A stretch of 63,026 bases of DNA, the filler included, from Octopus bimaculoides (Eukaryota): NCBI RefSeq assembly GCF_001194135.2. It is 5 parts of 5 records of this genome, joined end to end, with 100 filler letters (N's around TTAATTAATTAA, not from the genome) between each part and the next. Parts side by side here need not be neighbours in the genome. Positions count along the whole stretch, not along the records: positions 1 to 25,417 come from NC_068983.1; 4 more parts are not named here. The stretch is one strand, 5' to 3'. Of the stretch, positions 1 to 12,700 are shown piece by piece (within the stretch, counting starts at the first letter, position 1; every line of letters starts with the position of its first letter). Made by a program: the position numbers and the translations under genes. The notes under the pieces were generated by a model. It worked only from the letters and a program-made list of their open reading frames with translations, had not been told where the DNA came from and searched no databases.

Positions 1-13
1 GTGTGTGTACAAC

Positions 14-161
14 AGGCGTCTTTCAGTTTTCTTCTACCAAATCCACCCACAAGGCTTTGGTTGACCCGAGTCTATAGTAGAAGACACTTGCCCAAGGTGC
101 CATGCAATGGGATTGAACCTGGGAACATATGGCTGGAAATTAAGCTTCTTACCACACAGCC
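14..161 (-). mobile_element. tRNA-derived SINE family A, 5' half
   Basis: Reverse complement reads GGCTGTGTGGTAAGAAGC...GGTTCAATCCC...CCTTGGGCAAGTGTCTTCTACTATAG, matching the copy at 56103; A/B-box-like head. Confidence 0.8.
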
Positions 162-1029
162 AAGAGCAAGATATTAAACAAGCAGCCCAGTCAAGTGGAG
201 GCTGGCTGTTCGTATCCTGTTAATGAACTAAATTGATTCCATCATAAGGATATGGTCCAGAGCACCAATTTAAAACAAATACCACAAGCACTGTAAATTT
301 GCCATGTTAGTGAAACTGAGTTGCTGAGTTCAATTCCTCCAGTGGGTTTGAAATTTCAGTTTCAGACAAGAACCTACTAATTAATTGTTTCAGTTCACCT
401 TATCATTGGATCTAAATACTGGTTCTGATTACAAGCTATGTATAATAGTTGGTGTGTATATAACAGTCTGTTCCATATAAAGCTCATCACATGCAGGGTT
501 TTCATCACCAAACAGATGCTTTTTGGGAAAAGCTTTTTACATTTGTAAAACATAGAAAAATGAATGTGAAATAGTAAAAAGAAATGAAAATGCACACTAG
601 ATTTTAAAACTTCTAACTCTGTTAGAAGCAAGGGAATCTTCAAGAGATTTTATATGATCTCTTGACCTGCTGGAAATGACAGCCAAATCTCCTTCAAATC
701 ACACCTGAACATCATGAAAAAGGAATGACACATTGGATGAAGTAGTTTTAGAGACACTACTGCTAAAGCAAAAGTGGATGAAAACTGAAACAAAGATTTT
801 CTATGTCATTATGAAAGTAAACTTTATGAAGGTATGTAAATCAGATAGAATAAAACCTTCATCAATACCTCATAAATTACAATATAGAGGTTTAAGATCT
901 ATCGATAGATTCTATTATGGAAACCTAGTTAACCTAATTCTGCATGAAACTTTAGACATAAAGCTGATGATTATCATAATTTATGTAGAGGAAGATAATG
1001 AAAAGAGTAATGGGGTGATAAAGAGGATA

Positions 1030-1380
1030 CAATAATGAGGATGAGGGTGATGGCGGTGGCACTTCTGTTGTTGCTGCTACTGACAGTGATGAGGGTGACG
1101 ATGATGGGGATGATGATGAGAACGTTATGATGATGGTGACAATAATTGTAATGATGATGATAATCATGATAGTATTAACATCACCAACCAAAGCTGTAGT
1201 GACTACAATCAGTTCAATCTCTACCTATAACATCAACAATACAATTACTATTGATTTTGCCATCTCTATCACCATCATCACTACAATCCCCTTCACCATC
1301 ACATAGCAATAGTACTGATGTCATGAACACTATTATCAATACCACAGTTATCAACATTACTTCAATACAAACTAACAAAA
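1030..1380. repeat. Cryptic (GAT)n-rich then (CAT)n-rich low-complexity tract
   Basis: Degenerate trinucleotide repeats visible directly. Confidence 0.7.
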
Positions 1381-1744
1381 GAACCTCTATGTAGTTACTT
1401 GATGTGCAAGAAATAGCTGTTATAAATCCTACACAATCAGCCATTTTATTTTACTCTATTTTATTTTATTTTTCACTTTGTTTTTGGTTGAATCATAAAA
1501 AGCAGTATCCATAGCCCTTTATTTCAAGGCCTTTAAAAGTAGTGAGAGGATGGGAGGCAGTTATTTTCATACTGGAGACTTGGCTTGAATGCTTGTAAAA
1601 GAGTTAACTTCAGCAAAGGTGAGGATGGTAAAGTAAAATCAGGTGACAAATTAAGTCCGTCATCCAAGAATTCAAAATACAAACAGTTTGAACAAATACT
1701 ACAATGCATCCTCTAACAATTCTACCATTCTGCCACACCGATCT

Positions 1745-1865
1745 GATACTTTAATTTTATTAACCTTGAAAGGATAAAAAGCAAAAGCGATCTCAGTGGA
1801 ATTTGAATTTAGAGTTCAGTGAGCCAAAATAAATACTGCAAAGCATTTTGACCTGCATTCTAATA
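1745..1865 (-). mobile_element. Degraded SINE family B fragment
   Basis: GAAAGGATAAAAAGCAAAAGCGATCTCAGTGGAATTTGAA resembles GAAAGGATGAAAGGCAAAGTCGACCTCGGCGGAATTTGAA at 56.69 kb. Confidence 0.6.
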
Positions 1866-2139
1866 ACTTGTATGATTCACAACCTATATAAGGGCACATT
1901 GGATTATGTTGTCCAAAGTAGATTATTCTAGATGGAAAAAATCTATGATTATGATTGGAAATGTCTTTGATCAAAAATCTGTCAACTCTCTCAGGGCTAA
2001 CCTCAGCCCAAACAGCAACAATACTATCATTTCAACACATGCTAAGGTGGTGCTTCTATGTATTTGTTTGCCTTACTAGAAATAGCTGCTAAATTTCCTG
2101 AAAATGACCACCTTTGACAAAGAAGAAATTGTCTGAAAA

Positions 2140-2610
2140 AATTAGACATGATGATCATGACTGGAAGGTCTTTTATCATGTGATAAAGATGGAGACAATA
2201 CTGATGGTGGCGATGAAAGTGGTGGTTGTGGTGATGGTACTGAGAAGGACAATGGTGATGATGTTGGATCTATCACCACTAACATTATCTTTACAACTAC
2301 CACTACTAATACTACCACCACTCTCATCATCCTTATAATTATCACCACCTTCACAGACACCACTAGACCAATCAACATCACCTTATCAGCATCTTCAATA
2401 CAACTATAACAATTACCACTACTAAATTTATCACCATCATCACTATCACAACCAACACCTTAACCATCATCACTACCACCTTCAATGGCTTCACAGCAAC
2501 CACCACCATCGCTATCACCACTACAACTACTAGCACTCTTCAACAACTAACACCACAACCAACACAAATACCATCACCACTACCACTACTACTACTACTT
2601 CTACTATTAC
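2140..2610. repeat. Cryptic (GAT/GGT)n then (CAC/CAT/CTA)n low-complexity tract
   Basis: Degenerate trinucleotide repeats visible directly. Confidence 0.7.
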
Positions 2611-2976
2611 TAAAGCTGATACTTCTGGTACAGTCAAATTTATTGAATTAACAGTAAACAAAAGAATCTCTCCCTTGGTATATGTTTAAATTGTCACTCT
2701 ATTATTTGACAATATTGCAAAGAATAAGATATAACAACAAGTTTGTAAATAAAAGTAACTTCAAAAGGTCAAATTGCTGATATTTGTATTTCTTAGCCTG
2801 AAACCGTGTTAAATTCACAAACACAAGTCAGTTTTCAAAAGAGCATTAAATGGGAGATATCTAGAGTGACATTTTGGCATGGTTAAATGCTGAAAAACAA
2901 TAATCTTATTTGATAACTAATGCAACAGATTAATCAGTGGTGAAGCAAAAGCTAAGCAAAATTTAATGAGTCTTAC

Positions 2977-3049
2977 CAGCTGAGTAGCTGTTGTGAAAGT
3001 TTCTGCTGGTAGATAAGGCTGATGCTAACAAGTTAATCAAAGAAATAAT
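2977..3049 (-). CDS. Candidate internal exon of an unidentified host gene (IISLINLLASALSTSRNFHNSYSA)
   Basis: Acceptor ...GCATTCAG|, donor CTG|GTAAGA, 73-nt open frame in unique sequence; no homology recognised. Confidence 0.3.
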
Positions 3050-4099
3050 CTGAATGCTATATACAGCAAAGTGTGCAGAAATGATTTTACTATGAAGTCA
3101 AATGGCAAAACTACAGCCTTTAACTAACAGGCTGGCTATTGAAGCATGAATATGGTTGAGTGCAGTAAGAAATAACAATGAACAAGTTGAATTATTTTTT
3201 TTCTTTCTTTTTCATTTTTTTCTCCTTCTCCTCTTCCATGCTGGTTAGCAAGACAAGAGTGGTAAATGGATAAATAATGAACAAGCGTGGCTGGGAATAA
3301 AACGGATGGGAAGTTGAATGGGAAGTGTGGTAAGCATGAATAAATGAGTGAATGCTGTGAAAAGATAATAGTGGAAGGGACTGTTAAATGAATAAGACAC
3401 TGGATGTAAGTGAATAAAGCTGTAATTTAGTAGAGATTTTAGTTAGGAATTCAATGAGGGAGAAAAAAAAAGTGTTGTGAGGATAAAAGTGTTAATAAAT
3501 CAACGAATAGCAACATCTGAGGTGCATATCTAATCAGAATTGCTGACTTGCAACATACCAAAGAAGGAATAGAGTTTATAATCTGGGTGAGTAAATTGAA
3601 CCATGGAGTTGAATATTTAGAATACTGCAAACTAAATCAATAGAAATAGCTCAGAAGATGGAGACTGGAATGACAAAATAGATATTCTCAATCTTTTGAA
3701 TAGTATTAAAAAAATATAGAGAAATAGAAGTAGGAACAAAATCATAAACAAATAGAGAAATCAATGATTTAGTTGCCTGATTTATTACACTTCTTGTACA
3801 ATACACTTTCAATCCAAATTCTACTGATTTTTTCCAATTCTATTCTCCACAACTATACCATTCACCAAACTTTCTAGTATTTTTTATTGTTGTTGCTTTT
3901 ATTTTTATTTCTATTCCTCATATAGCTATTGTCTACAACAATTTTCTATCAATTATGTATTTCCAATGTCTATTAACTAGCAATGATTCAAATTTTCTTC
4001 TTTCTACATTAAGAACCATGGGATAATTTTCCCCTCACAATTTTCCTTAAAGTCTGTCTCTTTATATCATCATAAATAAAACTAGATATGTGCAGGTAT

Positions 4100-4116
4100 G
4101 TGAATGTGCATGCATG

Positions 4117-4187
<71 letters not shown>

Positions 4188-4892
4188 NNNNNNNNNNNNN
4201 NNNNNNNNNNNNNNNNNNNNNNNNNNNNNNNNNNNNNNNNNNNNNNNNNNNNNNNNNNNNNNNNNNNNNNNNNNNNNNNNNNNNNNNNNNNNNNNNNNNN
4301 NNNNNNNNNNNNNNNNNNNNNNNNNNNNNNNNNNNNNNNNNNNNNNNNNNNNNNNNNNNNNNNNNNNNNNNNNNNNNNNNNNNNNNNNNNNNNNNNNNNN
4401 NNNNNNNNNNNNNNNNNNNNNNNNNNNNNNNNNNNNNNNNNNNNNNNNNNNNNNNNNNNNNNNNNNNNNNNNNNNNNNNNNNNNNNNNNNNNNNNNNNNN
4501 NNNNNNNNNNNNNNNNNNNNNNNNNNNNNNNNNNNNNNNNNNNNNNNNNNNNNNNNNNNNNNNNNNNNNNNNNNNNNNNNNNNNNNNNNNNNNNNNNNNN
4601 NNNNNNNNNNNNNNNNNNNNNNNNNNNNNNNNNNNNNNNNNNNNNNNNNNNNNNNNNNNNNNNNNNNNNNNNNNNNNNNNNNNNNNNNNNNNNNNNNNNN
4701 NNNNNNNNNNNNNNNNNNNNNNNNNNNNNNNNNNNNNNNNNNNNNNNNNNNNNNNNNNNNNNNNNNNNNNNNNNNNNNNNNNNNNNNNNNNNNNNNNNNN
4801 NNNNNNNNNNNNNNNNNNNNNNNNNNNNNNNNNNNNNNNNNNNNNNNNNNNNNNNNNNNNNNNNNNNNNNNNNNNNNNNNNNNNNNNNNNNN

Positions 4893-4940
<48 letters not shown>
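4100..4940. repeat. (TG)n and (AG)n microsatellites flanking an assembly gap
   Basis: Direct observation. Confidence 0.95.
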
Positions 4941-4945
<5 letters not shown>

Positions 4946-5294
4946 TAATAATAAAGAGTATGGAGATTTGTACGTCCACAAAATTCATTTTATAGTTATA
5001 TACAGCATATTATAATGAACTACACGTTTCCAATGCAGTGACAACTCATTGTTGCAAATGCAACTTTGTGTCTGTGGATGTACAAGTCTCCATATTCTTT
5101 ATTATTAATAATAATATATACTCCAAACAATTTTTACCATCCAGCAAAGCATTCAAGGAATTACCCATTGGAAGAATTCCCAGAATGACTAACAACAAAT
5201 TGTAGTCACAGATGTTAAATACTGATTGTAGTGGTTAGCTATTAACTAGAACTTAACTGAGAGCTAATACAGTATCTGCCCAAATAATATATTC

Positions 5295-5720
5295 CTATGG
5301 GCTGTGCGTGAGAAGACCCGGCAAGCCAAGTAAGATCGTTGCCAGTGCCCCTGGACTGGTTCTTGTGCGGGTGGCACATGAGATGCACCATTTTGAGCGT
5401 GGCCGTTGCCAGTACCGCCTGACTGGCTCCTGTAGGATTTTCGAGCGAGATCGTTGCCAGTGCCCCTGGACTGGCTTGTGCGGGTGGCACATAAAAGACA
5501 CCATTTCGAGCGTGGCCGTTTTCGTGCGGGTGACACGTAAAAGCACCCACTACACTCTCTGAGTGGTTGGCGTTAGGAAGGGCATCCAGCTGTAGAAACT
5601 CTGCCAAATCAGACTGGAGCCTGGTGTTGCCATCCGGTTTCACCAGTCCTCAGTCAAATCGTCCAACCCATGCTAGCATGGAAAGCGGACGTTAAACGAT
5701 GATGATGATGATGATGATGA
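5295..5720 (+). mobile_element. RTE-LINE 3' UTR or RTE-derived non-autonomous element with (GAT)n tail
   Basis: Contains GAGTGGTTGGCGTTAGGAAGGGCATCCAGCTGTAGAAAC and CCATGCTAGCATGGAAAGCGGACGTTAAAC(GAT)n, homologous to the 3' end of the RTE at 11.7-11.9 kb; has an internal duplication. Confidence 0.8.
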
Positions 5721-5744
5721 AACTCACTTTTATGCATGTAAGAG

Positions 5745-6050
5745 AAGACTGGAAAATTTGGTATTATTTATTCCCTGTTACATATGTTTCATTACCTAAT
5801 AGGAATTACAAGTATATACATGTAGAAAAACATGTAAGACATGTAAGACAATTAAAATAATCCAAAATTACATTTGATGGTGCTACAATATTGTATTAAG
5901 TACTTATTAATCAGGAGTCATAATTTTCTGTCTGAAGAATTAATAATAAGAGGTGTCTTACATGTTTTTCTACATGTAATCTTTGTAACTACTATTAGGT
6001 AATGAAACTTATGCAATGGGAAATAAATAATACCAAATTTTTTCAGTCTT
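5745..6050. repeat. Foldback inverted repeat (arms about 5745-5841 and 5954-6050) with a degraded hammerhead
   Basis: Arms are near reverse complements, e.g. CATGTAGAAAAACATGTAAGAC / GTCTTACATGTTTTTCTACATG. Confidence 0.8.
5926..6020 (+). ncRNA. Degenerate type-I hammerhead ribozyme
   Basis: TTCTGT-CTGAAGA-ATTA...TAAT-GAAA-CTTATG-CA-ATGGG; the inverted left arm preserves GAAA-CATATG-TA-ACAGGG. Confidence 0.45.
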
Positions 6051-6174
6051 TCGTTTTGATATATAATTACTCTGCAAAAAGTATTTTCCAATATTTTACA
6101 GTATTTTCTATTATTTTCAATTCTCGTATAAAATATATCATCTAAATATATACTTTGGAGTACTGGAATATAAT

Positions 6175-6232
6175 ACAAATGCACTTGATGAAGATACTGC
6201 TTGGATTATAACCCCATCCACATATTATATAT

Positions 6233-6280
<48 letters not shown>
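6175..6280. repeat. (CA)n/(TA)n microsatellite (core 6234-6281)
   Basis: Direct observation. Confidence 0.8.
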
Positions 6281-6284
<4 letters not shown>

Positions 6285-6716
6285 TTATACATATGCAAAT
6301 ATAGTAATAACAAATTCAGAAAACATAATTTAAGCTTTGTAAACATGCACATGTTTCAGTAAACTGAAAATCATTATTACATAATGAAATTGGCCAGATT
6401 GCATAAGCCAATCAATACACATCCTCAGCATTCTCAGTCAAAAATTACATCCTTTTATGTTTATTATTTCTACAGAGTGGCTCGAATTCCACACACAAGC
6501 TTATCTAGAGATATAATGACCTTGTCAAACTGTACTATGTATAAGAGTGGAGCATGGAACTTTAGCAAAGTGCTACACCTTCCACTGCACTTCTATATTT
6601 TATACGTATATATTTTATATACACTGATATTGCATGATTGTCCTTCATTGGGATTCTAATTCTTGTAAGTGTTATACTTGTTTAGGGGTTTGTAGTTTAT
6701 GAATTTTTTTACATTA

Positions 6717-6780
6717 AAAGGCGGTGCTCCAGCATGGCCACAGTCAAACGACTGAAACAAGTAAAAGAGTAAAAGAGATA
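6717..6780 (+). mobile_element. SINE family A 3' end fragment
   Basis: GGCGGTGCTCCAGCATGGCCACAGTCAAACGACTGAAACAAGTAAAAGAG, as at 56430-56480. Confidence 0.75.
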
Positions 6781-6995
6781 TATATGTGTATGTGTGAGTG
6801 TGTGTGTGTGCACATGTGTGTGTGTGTGTGTATACTAGACTACCTGTATTCTGTTGGATCACCGAGAAACTCTGAGTTTCCCAGTAATAGAGTTTTGTTT
6901 TGTGGTGTTTTTTTTCTTTTCTAGCTTATTTTGCATGCTTTCAATAAAATTGACATCGAATTCACAGGTAAGCAGCTCCTTTCCCCAGAAAAGGA

Positions 6996-7112
6996 AAGAT
7001 TTGGCTGCTATTTCTTGCACGCTCTACTATCACATAACAGGTATTTCAGGTCCTTTATCACTAATAGCTGTTACGTGATAGCACGACATGCTAGAAATAG
7101 CAGCCAAATCTT
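6996..7112. repeat. Hairpin / MITE-like inverted repeat
   Basis: Perfect 20-bp inverted repeat AAGATTTGGCTGCTATTTCT / AGAAATAGCAGCCAAATCTT plus an inner imperfect stem. Confidence 0.75.
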
Positions 7113-8469
7113 TGGAAGTGAGATACGTTGAATGCACTTGAAAAACCTATCAGAAAAAATTATTTCACACTGAAGTTACCAACAGGTCTTTTATGAAATA
7201 TTTATCTTTAAAGTCGTTTTTGCTTTGAAATATTTTCTGAGTATGCCAAAAAAATTTTTGTAATGGTATTCACTTGAAAATAGTTTTAAAAAACATTAAA
7301 ATATTGTCTGTTTAAACAAAGCTAAATTATAAATACTTATTGTACAAACAACTTACATTTTTGAAATCACATTCACTTAAAAATATTTTTAAATCATTAA
7401 AATATTGTGTTCAGCAAAAACGAAAATAGAAACATTTACTGTAAAAAAACAAATTGTATTTTTTTTGTTGTCAAATCAAGGTCTAATTGAAAGGTAAGAG
7501 TTACTTCCCTTTCAGGATTAAGTTAATTTCAGAGACTTTTCCCATTATGCACCATTTTGGGTATTTATACCCAGAAAACCCTTAAGATCTTCACAACCAC
7601 TTATCCAATTTACGCGAAATTTGTTTCATTCTATTCGTATTTACACACCAGTTTGGCTGAGTAACATTGCAAGCAAGCAAGATTCAATCTGACTTTTAAT
7701 GTATTACAGATATATGTAATATATACGTGTGAGGTGATGCTGGCCATTGCTTGGCCACTTCCAAACTTTCTTGCTCTGCTTTATGTTGATTCTATTATAC
7801 CACACAAAATACCCAGCTAGGTTTAAGAAATTTCTCTAGCTTTTAATTGTTCATCATTTTCTTATCTAACTTGTAATACTAACATGCTTACATGTGTTGC
7901 TAACGTGTATTCTGAGTTAAAATAACATTTGTGGCTTATAATTCTTTAAATTTTTCAATAACTTTTCAAATTGTATTACACACCCTTTGTGTTTCCATAC
8001 TTTGCTATGATCCTCATCTCACTAAAGGCCTCAAGTCCCTTACTGCCATCTCTCTCTCTCTATCTCTTGTGTGTGGTGATGCTGGCCAGTGCTTCTTCAT
8101 GATGCACCCACCCATTCCCCAGAAATCTCTTCTCTTATGCCAGAAACGCTGACAGGGCTTTGCCTCACTTCTGTACCAGAAGACTTGCATACCTCTGTCC
8201 CACCAACCCACCTATCTCTGTCTGTCTATACATAATAGACTAACCAATAGCAGCTCATTTACTTAACTTAAATGTTGACCTATTATATTTGCAGCAGTAA
8301 TGCTTATATTTACAACGCTCATGACACATATTTACAATGCTTACATTGCACTCATCCCACCTCCCTGCTAATAGGGGCAACAGTTTTTACATGTTTGAAT
8401 GATGGTAGATTAAAGCAAGAGAACAACTGATGTGATATGTCTGTTATCACGGAAACCCTTTTTTTCAGG

Positions 8470-11400
8470 TGCTGAATAACATCTCCTTCCCACGTCCCTT
8501 TCCCAGTTTTCAGAGATGGCACATTGAAAGGTAGGTCTAGTGAGATTGTTGAGATGCTTGAACGGAGGCACGTTGATGCATGTTGCATCCAAGAGGTAAG
8601 GTGGAGAGGAGCTTCAGCCAGGTTCCTCCCAAGCAAGACACATAGGTATAAAATATTCTGAGAAGGTAACAATGATGGAGTAGGTGGTATGGGCATAATT
8701 CTTGCAAAGAATTGGGTGGATAAGGCCATAGAGGTAGTTAGAGTGAGCAATAGAGTGCTTAAGCTTAGGCTAACCTTACAAAACAGTATAGTGACAATTA
8801 TCTCTGCCTATGTCCCTCAAGCGGGCCTACCAAATGAACTGGACTACTTTTATGATATTCTTCTGCAGGCTACCTCAAAGATTAGTGACAATGATCTCCT
8901 CTATGTAGCTGAGGATTTCAATTGGCATGCTGGATGGCAGCTTGGTATCTTCCATGGTATGCATGGGGCCATGGATTTGGTTCCTGAAATGAAGAGAACA
9001 AGGCTACTGGAGTTCTCTGATGCAAATAACCTTTTGATCTGCAACCTGAACTTCAGGAAGCCAGCCAGCTACCTAATAACCTACCAATCAGGTGTCTGTG
9101 CTAGCCAGATCGATCACATTCTCACCAGAGAGCAGGATGCATAGTGATTCCTATATACAAAGACCCTCCCTGATGAAGAATGTACGTCCCAGTATAGACT
9201 AGTCATTAGTGACTTTAGCCTCCAGGCCAGAAGGATGCCAAGAAGTAAACCAATCTGGAAAAGAAGGATTTGGAAGCTTAATGACCCTTCATATGGTCAG
9301 AAATTTAGGGACATCCTAAATGAGAAATTTGATGAAAGGGAGGAGCTACAGACTTGTAACATAGAGAGCAACTGAGAATTCCTGGGAGACAGCTTGCTGA
9401 GTGCCACCGACCAAATCTGTAGCTGGTGCAAAGTCTCATCCAGACCTAGGGTAACGGGGTGGTGGAACGATGAGGTAGACAGGGCCTTTAGAGCTAAAAA
9501 AACAGACCTGGAAGGCATGGAAGAATGGGGGTAGCAGGAAACTGTATCAGATTGCCAGAAGTGATGATAGAAGACAAGGGAGAAGAAGAAAAGAAGAAGT
9601 TTGCCTATGTTCAACGACGTAAGGACCAAAGAACTGAAGTGTTTCAGATTGCAAGACTATGTGTGAGAGAAAATTGTGATGTCATAGGAGAGAAATGTGT
9701 CCACATGGATAATGGTGCACTAGTATGTAATGATTCTGCAAAGAAAGAGGCTTGGAAATGCTATTATGAAAGACTGCTGAACATAGAGAATGAGTATGTT
9801 GACCCAACTGAGGGACTGGCTACCCAAATCGACAGTTCCATAGTAGATAAAGCAATTAAGGATATGAAGACAGGAAAAGCCCCTGGCCCATCAGGAATCA
9901 CTGTAGAGATGCTTAAAATATCTGGTGTTGTGGGTTATGATCTAGTCACCCATATAGTTAACCAGGTGATACATGAAGGAGTCATACCCAATGACTTATG
10001 TAGCAGCCCCATAGTCAACTGCTACAAAGGTAAAGGTGATGCCTTAGATAGAAATAATTACAGAGGTATCAAATTGCTGGATTAGGTGATGAAAGTTCTG
10101 TAGAGAGTGATAGCCCAACTAATTAGGGAGAGAGTTAGCTTAGATGAGATGCAGTTTAGTTTTGTGCCAGGGCGAAGCACCACTGATGCTCTATTTCTGG
10201 TAAGACAGCTGCAGGAGAAATACATAGTCAAAGATAAACCTCTGAATTTGGCCTTTGTTGACTTGGAGAAAGCCTTTGACAGGGTCCCCCCAGTCCTTTA
10301 TTTGGTGGTCAATGCAGAAACTAGGGATACATGAGTGGTTGATGAGAGCTGTACAAGCTATGTACAGGGATGCTACCAGTCAGGTGAAGGTTGACAATGA
10401 GTACAGTGAAGAATTCAGGGTACAAATAGGGGATCACCAAGGATCGGTGCTCAGCACCCTCTTGTTCATCATAGTCCTCCAAGCAATAACAGAGGAATTC
10501 AAGACAGGCTGCCCCTGGGAGCTCCTCTATGCTGATGACTTTGCTCTTATAGCTAAATCACTACCTGAACAAGAGAAGTTCCTGGTATGAAAGCAAGGTC
10601 TAGAATCAAAAGGCTTAAGAGTTAACCTAGCAAAAACCAAAGTCTTAGTAAGTATGAAGGTAGACAAATCATAAATCCCTTCAGGTAGATGGCCCTGCTC
10701 GATCTGTAGAAAAGATGTAGGTAGAAACTCCATAAGATGTACCCAATGTAAGCTCACATAAAAGGTGCAGTAATATCAGAGGAAGGTTAACAGGGAAATT
10801 AGCTTTTGTATGTGGAATATGCACAGGTACAATAAATGCTAAAAATGTGCAGAAAATAGACTCCATCAACTGCCAGTGGAGTATTAGATAGCTTCCATTA
10901 CCTAGGTAACCAGGCTAGTAGTGGAGGTGGATGCTTTGAGAGTGTAGCTGTGAGAATTAGATTAGGCTGGGCAAAGTTCAGATAGCTCCTACCCCTGCTG
11001 GTAACAAAGGGCCTCTCTCTCAGAGTGAAAGGTAGATTGTATGATGCCCTTATGCAAACCGCTATGCTACATGGCAGTGAAACATGAACTGTGACAGCCA
11101 AGGACATGCGTAGGCTTTAAAGAATTGAAGCCAGTATGCTTCACTGGATGTGCAATGTTAGTGTGCATGTTCAACAGAGTGTAAACATCTATAGAGAAAA
11201 GTTAGGCATAAGAAGCATCAAATGTGGTGTGCAAGAGAGAGGACGGCGCTGGTATGGTCATGTGATGCACATGGATGAGAACAGCTGTGTAAAAAAGTGC
11301 CAGTCTCTAACTGTGGAGGGAACTTGTGGTAAAGGTAGACCCAGGAAGACATAGAATGAGATGGTGAAGCATGATCTTCAAACTTTGAGCCACACAGAGG

Positions 11401-11915
11401 TAATCACTAGTGATCAAGATCTTTGGCGATGTGCTGTGCTTGAGAAGACTCATCAAGCCAAGTGCGTGCTGATGGCATGTAAAGAACACCTTTCGAGCAT
11501 TGGGCCTTACAAAGGCAAAGTGGCTGAGTTCCTTTCAAGCATTGGGCCTCAAGGAAGCAAAGTCACTGAGTTCCTTTCAAGTGTTGAGCCTAACAGAAGC
11601 AATGACTAAGACATTTGGCATTATGTCATGCTTGAGAAGACCCATCAAGCTGAGTAAAATTGCATTCGTGGCAGATACCAGTGTCATGCAAATTGGCACT
11701 TGTGCTGGTGGCATGTAAAAGCAGCCTGGTGTTATGCAAATGGCACATAAAAGCACCTATTACACTCTTGGAGTGGTTGTCATTAGAAAGGGCATCCAGT
11801 TGTAGAAAACCATGCTAACCGAGACTGGAGTCTTGTGCAGCCTTCCAGCATGCCAGCCCGGTCAAACCATCTAACCCATGTCTGCATGGACAGCAGACAT
11901 TAAATGATGATTTAT
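8470..11915 (+). mobile_element. RTE-clade LINE, near full length, pseudogenised (APE endonuclease + RT + 3' UTR)
   Basis: Endonuclease GTLKGRSSEIVEMLERRHVDACCIQEVRW, DFN and IDHIL; RT KAPGPSG, NYRGIKLL, FVDLEKAFDRVP, QGSVLS, YADD; many stops and frameshifts; (GAT) tail. Confidence 0.92.
11480..11610 (+). repeat. About 41-bp tandem repeat x3 in the RTE 3' UTR
   Basis: CCTTTCRAGCATTGGGCCT...GCAAAGT...CTGAGTT unit repeated. Confidence 0.7.
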
Positions 11916-12049
11916 GGAGCTTAATATCTGAATATTTTGCAAATATAAACAAACTTAAATGTGAAGCAAAGAACATATGTATGTGTATGTAAGTGTATAA
12001 GTATGTGTGTGTGTGTGTGTATACATACATACATACATATATATATATA

Positions 12050-12122
12050 TATGTCCCACCCATGCCAGCATGGAAGGCAGATGTTAAGCAATGATGATGA
12101 TGATGATGATAATGATGATATA
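12050..12122 (+). mobile_element. Second RTE 3' tail fragment with (GAT)n
   Basis: CCCATGCCAGCATGGAAGGCAGATGTTAAGCAA(TGA)n. Confidence 0.7.
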
Positions 12123-12189
12123 TCATTCAACTACAGTAATAGTAGTTGAATAATGTTCTTAAGGCTGCAATTTACTCACATGCGACATC

Positions 12190-12700
12190 TTTCAGAGCTT
12201 GTCGCTAATTCAGTTCTTAACTAAATTGAACACTGTTAACATTTTTGAAAAGGACTTGTCCCTAACTACATTTTGGCATAAAAATAATTGAGATTTGATC
12301 CAGTAGAAAAAAGTTTACATCAAAATTTGTAGCAACATTATAGGAGAGTAAGTAACGCCACCAATCAAGTTTAGATCCAAATGACTTTTTTTTATTTTAA
12401 AAGCAAAATATATTTATCTTAGCTTCAGTGATAGAAGAAAGCATGAAGAATTTCATAGTTTTGTTCCCATGCAACAAAAATTTGTATCAAAAAAGTTGAG
12501 AGGTAAAATATCATGAAAAAAATCTAAGTAAGGCATAAAATTGGATTTAAGTGTAATTAACTTTTTTATTTTACAAACAAACTATATTTTAATTAAGCTT
12601 AAATGATAAAGCTCAATTCAAGGAATTTCATAGTATCAATTTGATGCAATGAAGTTTTAAAAGTAAAAAGTTATGAGTGTTTGTTTCTCAAATGTGAGGG
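12190..12700 (+). repeat. Unclassified interspersed repeat (second copy at about 59040-59395, minus strand)
   Basis: CTAATTCAGTTCTTAACTAAATTG...TTTGGCATAAA...GTTACATCAAAAT matches the reverse complement of 59.24-59.39 kb. Confidence 0.65.

Noticed and set aside
952-2381. Ser/Thr/Val/Ile-rich ORFs resembling mucins or membrane proteins
   Set aside because: They arise from degenerate trinucleotide repeats.
4062-5015. Long ORFs crossing N runs (also at 13-16, 26-27, 46, 48, 50-51 and 54-55 kb)
   Set aside because: They are artefacts of translating gaps; only flanking parts with recognisable motifs were used.
9168-9180. CTGATGA matches at 9170, 10532, 36845 and 40193
   Set aside because: They lie within RT/gag coding sequence and lack the rest of the hammerhead fold.
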